Made by a program: the position numbers and the translations under genes. Positions 45,963 to 55,764 of a stretch of DNA of 64,000 bases are shown one piece after another. The stretch's first letter is position 1; each line of letters opens with the position of its first letter. Under the pieces are notes generated by a model that ran no database searches, had not been told where the DNA came from, and saw nothing but the letters and a program-made list of their open reading frames with translations. Origin of the DNA: Oligoflexia bacterium (lineage in GTDB: Bacteria > Bdellovibrionota_C > UBA2361 > SZUA-149 > DAOLCO01); NCBI GenBank assembly GCA_035327825.1, contig DAOLCO010000013.1:8033-72032 (forward strand), given 5' to 3'.

Positions 45963-47660
45963 TTACTCTGCATTTTCAAGATGGTTTTCTGCGGTAAGAA
46001 GCGCCCTTCTTATTATTGCTCCATTGATAAAAATGGTTATAAAAACACAACATAGATATATAAATGTTAAATCAATTGAGATAAGTCTTTCATTAAGCAT
46101 TGATGAGTTTAGAAGTCCAAAAAGTAGGCTTGCTGGTAGTATATTTATAAAAACAACACCAAGAGAGATCATCATATAAACAAGACTCCCAAAGCTGCTA
46201 CTGACCTGAATTGGATTTTCCCAGTCGAATCTGGAGTAGATTGCTCCTGTGCTGATTCCTACGGCTATTAGACTTGCAGAAATATTTATCGCATAAAATG
46301 CCGAAGTTAAAATTGCGCCAGCTTCAAAGTCAATTGCAATAGATCCTGATACAAATAATATCAGTGCAAGTACAAGAATCGGAACAAACCATGTCAGGAA
46401 CTTGTATCTGATAAATTCCTGAAGAGATATAGGGGTGCTTCTAAGAATTTGATAGCTTGCTCCTTCAAGGCTTATTGTGGGGAATACAAATCTTGTACAG
46501 ACAGCAGCTACCACAAATCCTCCAAAGAGAATGTTGGAAATATTAAGAATTGTGCTCCATATTCCAGCATAATCCCTTTCGACCACTACACTACTTTGAA
46601 TAACCCTGAAATTATAGATATAAATAAAGGTTAGAGTGAGGAGTAATAGAAGCTGAATGGATTGTGTTGTGTCTCTGACGAATGTTCTAAGCTCTTTTCC
46701 CATAAATGCCCTTAATGGGCTTGGATTTTTAAACAGGAAATTTCCAAAGCGAGTGCTCCACTGGGATTTATAGGTTATTCTCTGTACGTTGGAATTAGAG
46801 GATTTTGCCCAGCCGTTTAGAAAAAATACCCGGAAGAAAGTAAGTGAAATCAAGGTTGTAAATAGAGCATATCCGCTTAATAGAATGCTGTCCCTGACTG
46901 GAGTTGTTTTATTGGTTATTGATGAAGTAATTACTGATGATAAAAGATGGCTTGGGTATAATGATGTATCATTTCGCGAGAATTTTTTTGATAGTAAAAC
47001 TGCCTTTGCAATAGAATCAGAGTTGTCCATTCCTGTTCCAAGTGTAGTTTCCTGATCGAAACTTAGAAGTGCAAATAATCCAAGAGCAACAAAAAGTATT
47101 ACTACTTCTCTAAGTCTGTCAGGTGGAACAATGTTGGCTATGGCTATTACTGTAATAATGCCGATGTTAGTTGGAATAATCAGAAACAATAAAAAATGAA
47201 AAAACCATGAGGGAAGTAATAACCATGAAATATCAAAAGACTCTCTAAGCCCTAATGCAAACACAAAGCTTACAAGAGCAAACATCCAGGAGCTTAAAAA
47301 GAGAATATGCAGAAGTTTTGAAAAGAATATTCTGTTAAGAGATATTGGCGCAAGAAATAGCAAGGTCAAATCCTTGGAAGAGAAAAGGGCGCCCATTGCA
47401 GATATTATTGCGGAAAAACAGGTAACAGAAAGAATTGCAAGTAGTGATAGTGAGAGAAACTGATGTATGAGATCGGTTGAAAATACCTCGTGTTCCCTGA
47501 ATTTTGTAAAAAATGAGATGCTGATAATGTACATTCCGGAAAGTATAAAGAGGACAAAAAGTGCAGCAAATGTGGTTCGATTCCAAAACCGTGTTCTATA
47601 TTCACGTATGAATTCATTTTTCGCTCCAAGAAGATATGGGCGAAGAAGAAGAGGGATCAT
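45963..47660 (-). CDS. ABC exporter permease (565 aa, polytopic)
   Basis: At least 10 hydrophobic segments. Start overlaps the stop of the ATPase gene by 4 nt. Confidence 0.65.
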   Translation of the reverse strand: MIPLLLRPYLLGAKNEFIREYRTRFWNRTTFAALFVLFILSGMYIISISFFTKFREHEVFSTDLIHQFLSLSLLAILSVTCFSAIISAMGALFSSKDLTLLFLAPISLNRIFFSKLLHILFLSSWMFALVSFVFALGLRESFDISWLLLPSWFFHFLLFLIIPTNIGIITVIAIANIVPPDRLREVVILFVALGLFALLSFDQETTLGTGMDNSDSIAKAVLLSKKFSRNDTSLYPSHLLSSVITSSITNKTTPVRDSILLSGYALFTTLISLTFFRVFFLNGWAKSSNSNVQRITYKSQWSTRFGNFLFKNPSPLRAFMGKELRTFVRDTTQSIQLLLLLTLTFIYIYNFRVIQSSVVVERDYAGIWSTILNISNILFGGFVVAAVCTRFVFPTISLEGASYQILRSTPISLQEFIRYKFLTWFVPILVLALILFVSGSIAIDFEAGAILTSAFYAINISASLIAVGISTGAIYSRFDWENPIQVSSSFGSLVYMMISLGVVFINILPASLLFGLLNSSMLNERLISIDLTFIYLCCVFITIFINGAIIRRALLTAENHLENAE

Positions 47661-48409
47661 GTTTGACCTGAATTATTGGAATTACCAGATTCATTTATTA
47701 TATCAAGAAATACTTTTTCAAGACCATTTGCTCCGTGCTGAGCCCTTGAGTATAGCGAATCCAGGGTTCCGCTTGCAAGGATTCGTCCTCGCTGAATAAT
47801 GGCAAGGGTGTGAGCAATTTCCTCAGCAACAGAAAGAGAATGCGTTGACATGAATATAGTTTGACCATTTTTGGCACATTCTCTGAGATGGTCTTTAAAC
47901 ATTCTTGCTGCTGGAGGATCAAGTCCGACCATGGGCTCATCAATTATTAAAACTTTTGGTTCATGTATTTGAGCCCCGCACATCATCAATCTCTGTTTCA
48001 TTCCATGACTATAGGTATCAATAAGTTCATGTTGCCATTCAAGCAGATCATGAATGGCAAGAAGATATTCTATCCTTTCTGATGCTTTCAGTCTGGGTAC
48101 CCTGTAGAGTTCTGCCATGAATTGTAAAAATTCCCTTCCAGATAGCCTGCCGTACAGGTGAGGTCGATCAGGAATTACACCCATTAGTGATTTTGCCTGA
48201 ACAGGTGAGCTTGTAACAGGATATCCGCCAACAAGAATTCTGCCAGAGGTTGGGTTTATGACGCCGGTTATCATTCTTATTGTAGTGGTTTTTCCGGCAC
48301 CATTAGTTCCAAGAAAAGCAAAAATGCTGCCTTCTGGAACCGTAATTGAAATGTCGCGAACAGCGGTAAATGATCCAAATCTTTTGGTAACATTTTCTAT
48401 CTGAATCAT
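47657..48409 (-). CDS. ABC transporter ATP-binding protein (ABC-2/DrrA-like)
   Basis: Walker A GTNGAGKTT, signature YSHGMKQRL and Walker B LIIDEP. Confidence 0.9.
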   Translation of the reverse strand: MIQIENVTKRFGSFTAVRDISITVPEGSIFAFLGTNGAGKTTTIRMITGVINPTSGRILVGGYPVTSSPVQAKSLMGVIPDRPHLYGRLSGREFLQFMAELYRVPRLKASERIEYLLAIHDLLEWQHELIDTYSHGMKQRLMMCGAQIHEPKVLIIDEPMVGLDPPAARMFKDHLRECAKNGQTIFMSTHSLSVAEEIAHTLAIIQRGRILASGTLDSLYSRAQHGANGLEKVFLDIINESGNSNNSGQT

Positions 48410-48527
48410 TTAAGCTCCCGACCTAATAAAATCTCTAACTTAAGATGCATATAGCCTACCTTATTTTTCCAGTAGAATCAGTTTTTTCACCCTCGCGCTA
48501 AAGCAGGGTTTGAGATACAACTTCAAG

Positions 48528-49745
48528 ATGCTTAAAGTAAAAATTAAATACATTTTTTTTGTCGTATTAATATTATTTTCGCAGTCAGCATGTGCGGAAT
48601 TAGGCTTTTTGGAGCCACCCTTATCAGCAGAGGACCGTGCCAAGCTGGAGGCTTTTAACAAACGCCGAGGTCTATGGGTCGAGGCCGAGGGTGTCGTTCG
48701 TCCATTGAGTAACCCCCAGGAATTTTCAAAATTGCTTCTTACCCTGGATTCACATCGTATTACTGATGTCTATGTTCAGATATACAGAAGGGGAAGGGCC
48801 TGGTTCCCAAGCAAAGTTGCAGACAACTCCCCCTATCTGGAAAATCAGCTGATAAATTTCGATCCTTTAAAAGAATTATTAAGTTTTTGTGAGCAAAAGA
48901 ACATAAGGGTTCACGCCTGGGTAAATGCACTTCGATTAGGTGAAGATCATGACCTGCCATTTTTAAAACAGGTTGGACGGGACGCAGTGCTTGTAGATGG
49001 TGGTGGGCGCTCACTTTTTGATAATAATGGTAAGGGAGTTGAAGGATGCAGGCCAGATACACCTGGTATATGGCTTGATCCCCTTCATGAAGAAGTAAAG
49101 GATCATCTGGTGACGGTTCTTCGTGAACTTACGGAGCTTTACCCCACTCTTTCTGGAGTACACTATGATTACTTGCGTTATCCTTATTCCATAAAAGGTG
49201 AAGCCAAAGAGCGCTTGCCTGATTGTGGGCAGTTTATTGGAAAAAGAGAATTTGAAAAAAAGCAGGGATCAAGGGGTGCACTGATTTCGAGTGCAATCTG
49301 TAGAGAATGTCAATCTGCAAGCAATGAAGAAGCGGGAGGTATCGCCGAACTTCTTCGCAGTTTAAGAGATGTAGTAAAAGAAAGAGATGCTAATCTCGAA
49401 ATTTCTTCTGCTGTTCTTCCCGATCCTTATCTCGCCCAAAAAAATACCCGTCAGGATTGGTCAAATTGGCTTAATCATGGTTTGCTCGATTCGGTAGTCA
49501 GCATGAATTATACAAAAGACAAGGCACAGTTTTTTAAAAACGCAAAACTTGCAAGTAAGGCAAGCAAGGGAAAGATAATGATTGGACTTGGCGCCTGGCT
49601 TGCTCTTAGACAACCTTCACTTCTTGCTGATGAACTTGACAGTATAAAGTTTATCGAGAAAGAGGGGGTGGTTCTTTTTTCATATGCGAACCTTTCAAAT
49701 AATAAAGGAAAGCGCCTATATCAGATTATGGACCAATTCCCATAA
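48528..49745 (+). CDS. Glycoside-hydrolase-like family 10 (GHL10/DUF187) secreted protein
   Basis: Signal peptide from the ATG at 48528 (MLKVKIKYIFFVVLILFSQSACA). RGLWVEAEG..., DVYVQIYRRGRAWFPS and IRVHAWVNALRLG fit the GHL10 pattern. Confidence 0.65.
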   Translation: MLKVKIKYIFFVVLILFSQSACAELGFLEPPLSAEDRAKLEAFNKRRGLWVEAEGVVRPLSNPQEFSKLLLTLDSHRITDVYVQIYRRGRAWFPSKVADNSPYLENQLINFDPLKELLSFCEQKNIRVHAWVNALRLGEDHDLPFLKQVGRDAVLVDGGGRSLFDNNGKGVEGCRPDTPGIWLDPLHEEVKDHLVTVLRELTELYPTLSGVHYDYLRYPYSIKGEAKERLPDCGQFIGKREFEKKQGSRGALISSAICRECQSASNEEAGGIAELLRSLRDVVKERDANLEISSAVLPDPYLAQKNTRQDWSNWLNHGLLDSVVSMNYTKDKAQFFKNAKLASKASKGKIMIGLGAWLALRQPSLLADELDSIKFIEKEGVVLFSYANLSNNKGKRLYQIMDQFP

Positions 49746-49802
49746 AATTTCCCTTAGCCTTTTCTTTTTTTGAAGTTCTATGTAGTATGCTGAGTAAATT
49801 AT

Positions 49803-49886
49803 GCGGGGATGGCGGAACTGGTAGACGCGCCAGACTCAAAATCTGGTACCGGCAACGGTGTGAGGGTTCGAGTCCCTCCCCCCGCA
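49803..49886 (+). tRNA. tRNA-Leu (anticodon CAA)
   Basis: Acceptor GCGGGGA/CCCCCGC, anticodon stem CCAGA/TCTGG with loop CTCAAAA, a long variable arm (ACCG-GCAA-CGGT) and T-arm GAGGG-TTCGAGT-CCCTC. Discriminator A; CCA is not encoded. Confidence 0.9.
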
Positions 49887-49887
49887 C

Positions 49888-51609
49888 TTACATCTTCGAT
49901 CGGTAATCCGCAGCTTCTCTTAATGTTTCAAGGTAGTCATTCTCAAGTTCATCAAGAAAGGGCCTTGAGGATTCGATAATCTCTTTCATGTTCCTGATTT
50001 TCGAAAGTAACCTTGCTCGAAGGACGTTTGCTCCTGCCTTTTCTGCAACTTCAGAAACTTTAAATAAAAGTCCAGCATGCTCAGGGTAGATTTCTGTAAG
50101 GCGTTCGCCAATTGATATAAGGCCTGGGTAGCTATCAATATCCCTTATAAAGAATGATAACACTTGTCCTCTAAAGAATTTACGGTATAAACTTCCTGAA
50201 GTATCAAGAACTTCAAGTACATTTTCCCATGTTCCAACTTTTTCATGTACTTCTTTTACGAGATTTAGAAGCAAAAGCCTGAACCTGAGATCAAGCGGAT
50301 AACGGTTTATAAAAGAAAAAAGTAATTGTCTGGTTTGCTCAAGCGGGACATCTGTTCTAAGAAGGCATCTTAAATAGAGAAGGGCCAAATTTGGCTCAAA
50401 AGTTACAAGAGATTCATTCTCTTTAATTAACATAAGGCATTCCTGAACATTACCGGATTTTAAAAACTCCTGAGCCCTTTCTGTAATTACCTTGCTTCTA
50501 AGCTCAGGATTGGTCGTACCCATAATTTCGTGGTATCCTGTGCTTAAGCCAAAATCAAAAGATGATGCACTTTCGGGTAAATTCTTTTCATAAAGCTCAA
50601 GCCGTTCTTTGTTTGAAATTGCATTTCTTTCCTTTTGAACAAGTCCAAATGAATGCTCGGCATCACTTTTTAGGGAGCTATTGTTTTCGCAGTAAGCAGT
50701 GATTATTTTCCCAAGTTCTTCAAAATTATTAAATGATTTTGCAAGTCCATTTTTTATTACTCCTTCATAGGGAAGGATTTGTTGGACAATTGGTAATACC
50801 CCTCTTGATGCGTACTCTAGTGCTTTAACATCTGAGCGGCAAAGATTGTAATTTGAGGTGGAAAGAGGAGCTACTCCAATATGAATACCTGATAAAAACT
50901 GATAATACTCATTCATGGAGCCCCATTGGGTAAACATAAACTTCTCTTGAGGCAAATTCACCAGACCAGGAATCGAATCATTTCCCATCAAACAAAGTTT
51001 TACATGATCAAACTTCAGGCATATATCTTTTAAAAGTGGAAGAACTGCTATTAAATCGGCCATATGACCTACTGAGCCAGCCCAACCAATGCGAAGTTCC
51101 TTTTTGGGGTCAGGTTTAAGCTTTTTCAGGCTTTCAAATGAATCAGGAATATCAATTAAATGATTTTCAAGAATGGTTATGTCCTTTCCAGTTCTTTTTG
51201 AAAATAACCTCTTTAACCCTTTTCCTGTAACAATAACATGATCTCCTTCACGCATTAAAATTTCATAAGTTTGCCAAAGAAGAGGGCTTGACCATGCTGC
51301 TCTTACTGGAGAGCTTGGTGGGGGTGAGTAAAAATTATCGTTATATTCCACAATTGTTTTTTTTCCCAGATTTCTTCTCTCTCTGATTATAGGAACCAGA
51401 TCAAGGTCGTTTGACTGGAAGATGACAAGTAGATCAGCTTCTCTGGCCCAGATAAGTCGCTCTTCGGCACGGGCATCAAGATTTATTACCCGAAGATTAT
51501 TATCCTGCTTTGCAAGAACCTCACCTGGCCAGCGCATGCGATAATAACTGTCGCCTGTTTCGTCGATCAACACGAGTTGCAGTATGGTTTTAGGTGAATT
51601 GCCTTTCAT
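49888..51609 (-). CDS. Putative GT-B glycosyltransferase with a C-terminal helical-repeat domain (573 aa)
   Basis: Central region IGWAGSVGHMADL...GVAPL...RSDVKALEYASRGVLPIV resembles GT-B C-terminal domains. The C-terminal ~200 aa are helical and TPR-like. The stop lies 1 nt from the tRNA-Leu 3' end. Confidence 0.5.
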   Translation of the reverse strand: MKGNSPKTILQLVLIDETGDSYYRMRWPGEVLAKQDNNLRVINLDARAEERLIWAREADLLVIFQSNDLDLVPIIRERRNLGKKTIVEYNDNFYSPPPSSPVRAAWSSPLLWQTYEILMREGDHVIVTGKGLKRLFSKRTGKDITILENHLIDIPDSFESLKKLKPDPKKELRIGWAGSVGHMADLIAVLPLLKDICLKFDHVKLCLMGNDSIPGLVNLPQEKFMFTQWGSMNEYYQFLSGIHIGVAPLSTSNYNLCRSDVKALEYASRGVLPIVQQILPYEGVIKNGLAKSFNNFEELGKIITAYCENNSSLKSDAEHSFGLVQKERNAISNKERLELYEKNLPESASSFDFGLSTGYHEIMGTTNPELRSKVITERAQEFLKSGNVQECLMLIKENESLVTFEPNLALLYLRCLLRTDVPLEQTRQLLFSFINRYPLDLRFRLLLLNLVKEVHEKVGTWENVLEVLDTSGSLYRKFFRGQVLSFFIRDIDSYPGLISIGERLTEIYPEHAGLLFKVSEVAEKAGANVLRARLLSKIRNMKEIIESSRPFLDELENDYLETLREAADYRSKM

Positions 51610-51622
51610 TTTCTGATTTATT

Positions 51623-52876
51623 CTATTCTGTTGGTGTTAGGTGATTTTTATAAATTTCAAGATACTCTTTTGCCATATCTTCCGATGTTCTTACCTCAGT
51701 TAGTTCCCATTTATGGGTAAGGCCATTTTCTGCCATCCAAAGAATTGCACTGGTAAGTTCCTGTACATTGTCCGGCTGAACCAGAATGCCATTTTTTTTG
51801 TCGGTGATGCGATCCCTAAGGGCGCCAATAGAGGAAACAATTACAGGCTTTTTTGCCGAGAGTAATTCGGAGAGAGTATATGAGAATGTTTCCTTGAATA
51901 TTGATGGAATGATTCCTATATCGAACCTGGAAAGAATTGAGATTAAATCTGAGGGTCGATATTTTCCATGATAATATATTCCATCGGGTAAACGTTCAAA
52001 CAGAATATCTCCTCCGCCAAAGAGATGAAGCTCAATAGTCCTGTTTTGAGCTCTTGCCTCTGTAAAGGCTTTTAAAAGAATGTGCCACCCTTTTTGTCTT
52101 ATCAGGCTTCCAATATAGCCAAATCGGAGAGGGGGATTTGCAGAATTATTTAAGGTAAAATTTTTATCAGGTTTTATGATTGATATATCTGTCATTAAAT
52201 CAATTCCATGAGGAATTACCTCAAAGGGTATAGAAAAAAACCGGGCAAACTCTTTCTTTGCGCTTTCAGATGGAACAATCCGAAGATCAATTTCACTAAT
52301 CTGGCGTGACAAGTAAGTCATTCGCTCCTTTAGGTAAACAGATATATCTGTACCAAATATGCGCTCTGAGTAAGTTCTGGTGGTTAAAAACCCTGGACCA
52401 TTTTCTGAGGAGGAACTATTTTCTTCGGAATTTATAATTTCTTCACTGAGCTCAAGCTCAGGTGCATACTCCATCGTAAAATGTGGGGTAAGTACATAGT
52501 AATCATGAAAACTCATTATTACAGGAAGTTTGTATGAATAGAGCTGTTCAAGTAGCCCTAAGTGCCAATGGTGAATGTGGTGAACATGGATAATGTTTGG
52601 CCTAAATAACTGTATGGCACTATGAACGGCTATTTCTGACTCTTCGTTTCTTAGCGGAGTAATCGGCCATGAAATTGGAGTTGCCGGATAGAACTGAAGA
52701 GGTATATTCTTGATCAGTAACTGATAATGCCTGTTTTCATCATTCGGTCTGCAAGGGCTCAAGGTAGCAATTTCAATTTCCTTTTCCAGTAAGGTAGCGA
52801 GCGCTTTTACATGTTCTTCAACTCCACCTCGATTGTAGTAAGCATGGGTTATCTGAAGTAAGCGAGGTTTGGCCAT
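51623..52876 (-). CDS. Glycosyltransferase family 4 (GT-B, group 1)
   Basis: GGVEEHV near the N-terminus, FGYIGSLIRQKGWHILLKAF, and ETFSYTLSELLSAKKPVIVSSIGALRDRI..KNGILV (E-x7-E region). Confidence 0.8.
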   Translation of the reverse strand: MAKPRLLQITHAYYNRGGVEEHVKALATLLEKEIEIATLSPCRPNDENRHYQLLIKNIPLQFYPATPISWPITPLRNEESEIAVHSAIQLFRPNIIHVHHIHHWHLGLLEQLYSYKLPVIMSFHDYYVLTPHFTMEYAPELELSEEIINSEENSSSSENGPGFLTTRTYSERIFGTDISVYLKERMTYLSRQISEIDLRIVPSESAKKEFARFFSIPFEVIPHGIDLMTDISIIKPDKNFTLNNSANPPLRFGYIGSLIRQKGWHILLKAFTEARAQNRTIELHLFGGGDILFERLPDGIYYHGKYRPSDLISILSRFDIGIIPSIFKETFSYTLSELLSAKKPVIVSSIGALRDRITDKKNGILVQPDNVQELTSAILWMAENGLTHKWELTEVRTSEDMAKEYLEIYKNHLTPTE

Positions 52877-52968
52877 GAGAGGTTTTGATTTCCGACGTAT
52901 TTAGGTGTCGTTTTTTGTGATGAAGTTAGAATAGAATGTTAGATGCGACATAGAAAGAGAATAGTGCA

Positions 52969-54078
52969 TTGAAAATATTATTTAATCTTGCAAGCGGACT
53001 TCCTGTTCATGGTAAAATCCTTGAGGAACGTTCTCTGGGTGGTACTGAGGCAGCTGTAATCAGGATTTCCGAGGCTATCATACGCTTAAACCCTCGCGCA
53101 GAAGTTACTGTTCGATCTTCACTTAAGGAAATTCCTGCTGGTACTGAGTCTGTAATGGGAGTCCGCTATGTGCCTTTGGGTAGTGATATTAAAGTCACTG
53201 ATTTTTCCTGCATAATTCTTGTTCAGGACTGGAGACCCATAATTTACTTGCCGACAGGACTTCCAGTCTATCTGTGGACAGGTGATGGGTATGAGCAAAA
53301 CTCCAATATGGGTATAGGAGATAGGCGTATATCCGGAAAACTTGCAGGATTAATTGCTGTTAGCAAGTGGCATGCTGAAACCTTATCAAGAGCTAGTTGG
53401 TTTCCACAAGAAAAAATTCACATTCTTGGGAATGGAGTCGCGGATAATTTTTTTGCTGATTCTTCGGAAAATGTTAACACCCGAATAAAAAACAGATTAA
53501 TATACCACTCTGCCCCCTATCGTGGATTGAGGGAAGTAATTTCATTTTTTTCTATTTTACAAAAACGCCTTTCCAGTAGTGCGGCAGGGCCAGAGCTTCA
53601 CATATATTCCGACATGGAGCTTTATCGTCGAGGCATGAGTTATCAGGGGCCACATCAAAACGTACTTGATAGGATAAAATCTGAAGCTTCTGGAATGGCT
53701 GGCCTTCATTTTCATCCTACGCTACCTCACCGTGAACTGGCTGAGGTGTTAAAGAAAAGCTCAATCTTCCCATACCCATCAACGGTTGAAGAGACATTTT
53801 GCATGTCACTTGCCGAGGCAATGGCAGCAGGAGTTGTTCCTGTTGTATCAAGCCGAGGGGCACTTCCTGAAGTTATTGGAGAAAATGAACTTGTAGTAGA
53901 TGCAAATTTGCCAAAAGACGAGTTCAATGAAAAATTCATTTCGATACTGGAAAAATTATTAACTGATGATTCGTACCTGAAAGAAATGTCAAACAGGATG
54001 ATCACTCGAGTAAAAAAATTTTATACCTGGGATATTATGGCGAAGCGATTTATTGGCATAATTAGAGGAGAACGTTAG
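52969..54078 (+). CDS. Glycosyltransferase family 4 (GT-B, group 1)
   Basis: LGGTEAAV near the N-terminus and ETFCMSLAEAMAAGVVPVVSSRGALPEVI. TTG start. Confidence 0.75.
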   Translation: MKILFNLASGLPVHGKILEERSLGGTEAAVIRISEAIIRLNPRAEVTVRSSLKEIPAGTESVMGVRYVPLGSDIKVTDFSCIILVQDWRPIIYLPTGLPVYLWTGDGYEQNSNMGIGDRRISGKLAGLIAVSKWHAETLSRASWFPQEKIHILGNGVADNFFADSSENVNTRIKNRLIYHSAPYRGLREVISFFSILQKRLSSSAAGPELHIYSDMELYRRGMSYQGPHQNVLDRIKSEASGMAGLHFHPTLPHRELAEVLKKSSIFPYPSTVEETFCMSLAEAMAAGVVPVVSSRGALPEVIGENELVVDANLPKDEFNEKFISILEKLLTDDSYLKEMSNRMITRVKKFYTWDIMAKRFIGIIRGER

Positions 54079-55761
54079 TTGTTACTTATTCGAAATACAT
54101 TATTAGGACTCTTTCTTGGCTCCTGTCTTGGGCTTTCCTGTGTTTATCCTGATTATTTGACTAGCGGTTTTGTTGTTCTTTTAGTTGTTGGTTGTATTTT
54201 TAAAATTGTAACTAACGTATCCACTTCTTATATTATGTGGTGCATCGGTTTTTCTTTTCACCTTTCAAGTATGTGGTGGATTGCCCCAACGATTTCCAGG
54301 TTTGGTGGTTTTCACGGGGTTGCAGCATTTTTTTTGCTTCTTCTTTATAGTGCACTTGGAGCTTTGCAGTTCTATTTAAGCGGTCGTCTATCAGGTTTAA
54401 TTGTTTCATCCCGTTTCTGTTTAGATAAATTAACTTCTCAACACTTTCTTCCCTGGGTCTTTATTCTGATATGGATGTTACTTGAAATTTTATTCCCAAG
54501 ACTTTTCCCCTGGGGCCTTGGAGACTTTTTTATATCCTGGAAATATTTTTCCTCACTTTCAGAGTTAATTGGATCAAGAGGCTGCTCGCTTCTAGTCCTT
54601 TTAATGGGTTTATCAGTCTTTCGGGTTTATCAGAACTCTATAAGCAGGTCTCAAATCCAAAATACTTATGAATATATTCCGGCTTCAAGTTCGTCTTCGT
54701 TATTTGTAACTATTATTATTTTTCTTTCTTCAGTTTTTGGAATCGGTATCTATCTTCATAATCGTTCTGTGTATGAGGATCAGAAAGAAGAAAATTTCAG
54801 AGCGCTTGTTGTTCAGGGAAATCTTGATATTTATAAAAAGGGAAACCTGTCATTTTTTGAGGCCAATATTTCAACATATCAGAGTTTAACTGAAAATGGA
54901 TTAATTGCGCTAGATGGCAGTGGAAAATTACCTCATTTAATAATCTGGCCTGAAACAGTTATGAACAAATGGACTCCTTCATTTGTAAATTTGTATCCTG
55001 ATTCAAGCTTTGACCCTTTTCCTGGATTGTCCTTTCCACTTTTATACGGATCTCTTGCTTATGATTTAAAAGAAGGTGAACCTGAAAGTGCTGCGAGGTT
55101 TTATAATGCTGCGCTATTAAGAGATTCCCAGGGAGAGCTACTTTCTTTTTATGGAAAGCGAATACTTATGCCTTTTGGTGAGTATGTGCCATTTTCTGAA
55201 ATTTTTCCATGGATGAAGAAACTTGTTCCTATCGGTGGTTCCTTTTCTGTTGGCCCTGTTACTGAGCCACTTCTTGTGCCCTTATCAGAGAGCAGTTTAG
55301 GGGGGGGTAATAATTCTAATCTTAAAGTTGGAGTTCTTATTTGTTATGAGGATTTAAGTGCAGAGTTAAGTCGTAAGTATGCAAGAAGTGGTGCTCAGGT
55401 GCTTGTTAATCTTACAAATGATGCCTGGTACGGAGATTCTCCTGCTCCTTTTCAGCATGATCTGTTAGCTCGTTTTAGAGCAATTGAAACAAGAAAGCAT
55501 TTAATTCGCGCTACTAATACGGGTCTTACAAGCCATATTTCGCCTTCCGGAGAAATACTTAAAAGCCTGCCTCTTTTTGAGCCGGCAAGTGAAACTTTTG
55601 AATTTAAGGCAAACACCCGATTAACATGGTATGCTGTTCTGGGAGATTTGCCACTTTATTCTTTTTTGGGTTTACTTTCGATGTTTCTGTTTTTTAAATT
55701 ATTTTGTAGGAACCAGGATAAAAAACGAACTAACTTTTTGAAAAATTTTTTAAGGCTATAA
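54079..55761 (+). CDS. lnt: Apolipoprotein N-acyltransferase
   Basis: N-terminal polytopic region followed by a CN-hydrolase domain (LIIWPE, VGVLICYEDLS catalytic Cys, NLTNDAWYG). TTG start directly after the upstream stop. Confidence 0.85.
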   Translation: MLLIRNTLLGLFLGSCLGLSCVYPDYLTSGFVVLLVVGCIFKIVTNVSTSYIMWCIGFSFHLSSMWWIAPTISRFGGFHGVAAFFLLLLYSALGALQFYLSGRLSGLIVSSRFCLDKLTSQHFLPWVFILIWMLLEILFPRLFPWGLGDFFISWKYFSSLSELIGSRGCSLLVLLMGLSVFRVYQNSISRSQIQNTYEYIPASSSSSLFVTIIIFLSSVFGIGIYLHNRSVYEDQKEENFRALVVQGNLDIYKKGNLSFFEANISTYQSLTENGLIALDGSGKLPHLIIWPETVMNKWTPSFVNLYPDSSFDPFPGLSFPLLYGSLAYDLKEGEPESAARFYNAALLRDSQGELLSFYGKRILMPFGEYVPFSEIFPWMKKLVPIGGSFSVGPVTEPLLVPLSESSLGGGNNSNLKVGVLICYEDLSAELSRKYARSGAQVLVNLTNDAWYGDSPAPFQHDLLARFRAIETRKHLIRATNTGLTSHISPSGEILKSLPLFEPASETFEFKANTRLTWYAVLGDLPLYSFLGLLSMFLFFKLFCRNQDKKRTNFLKNFLRL

Positions 55762-55764
55762 CTT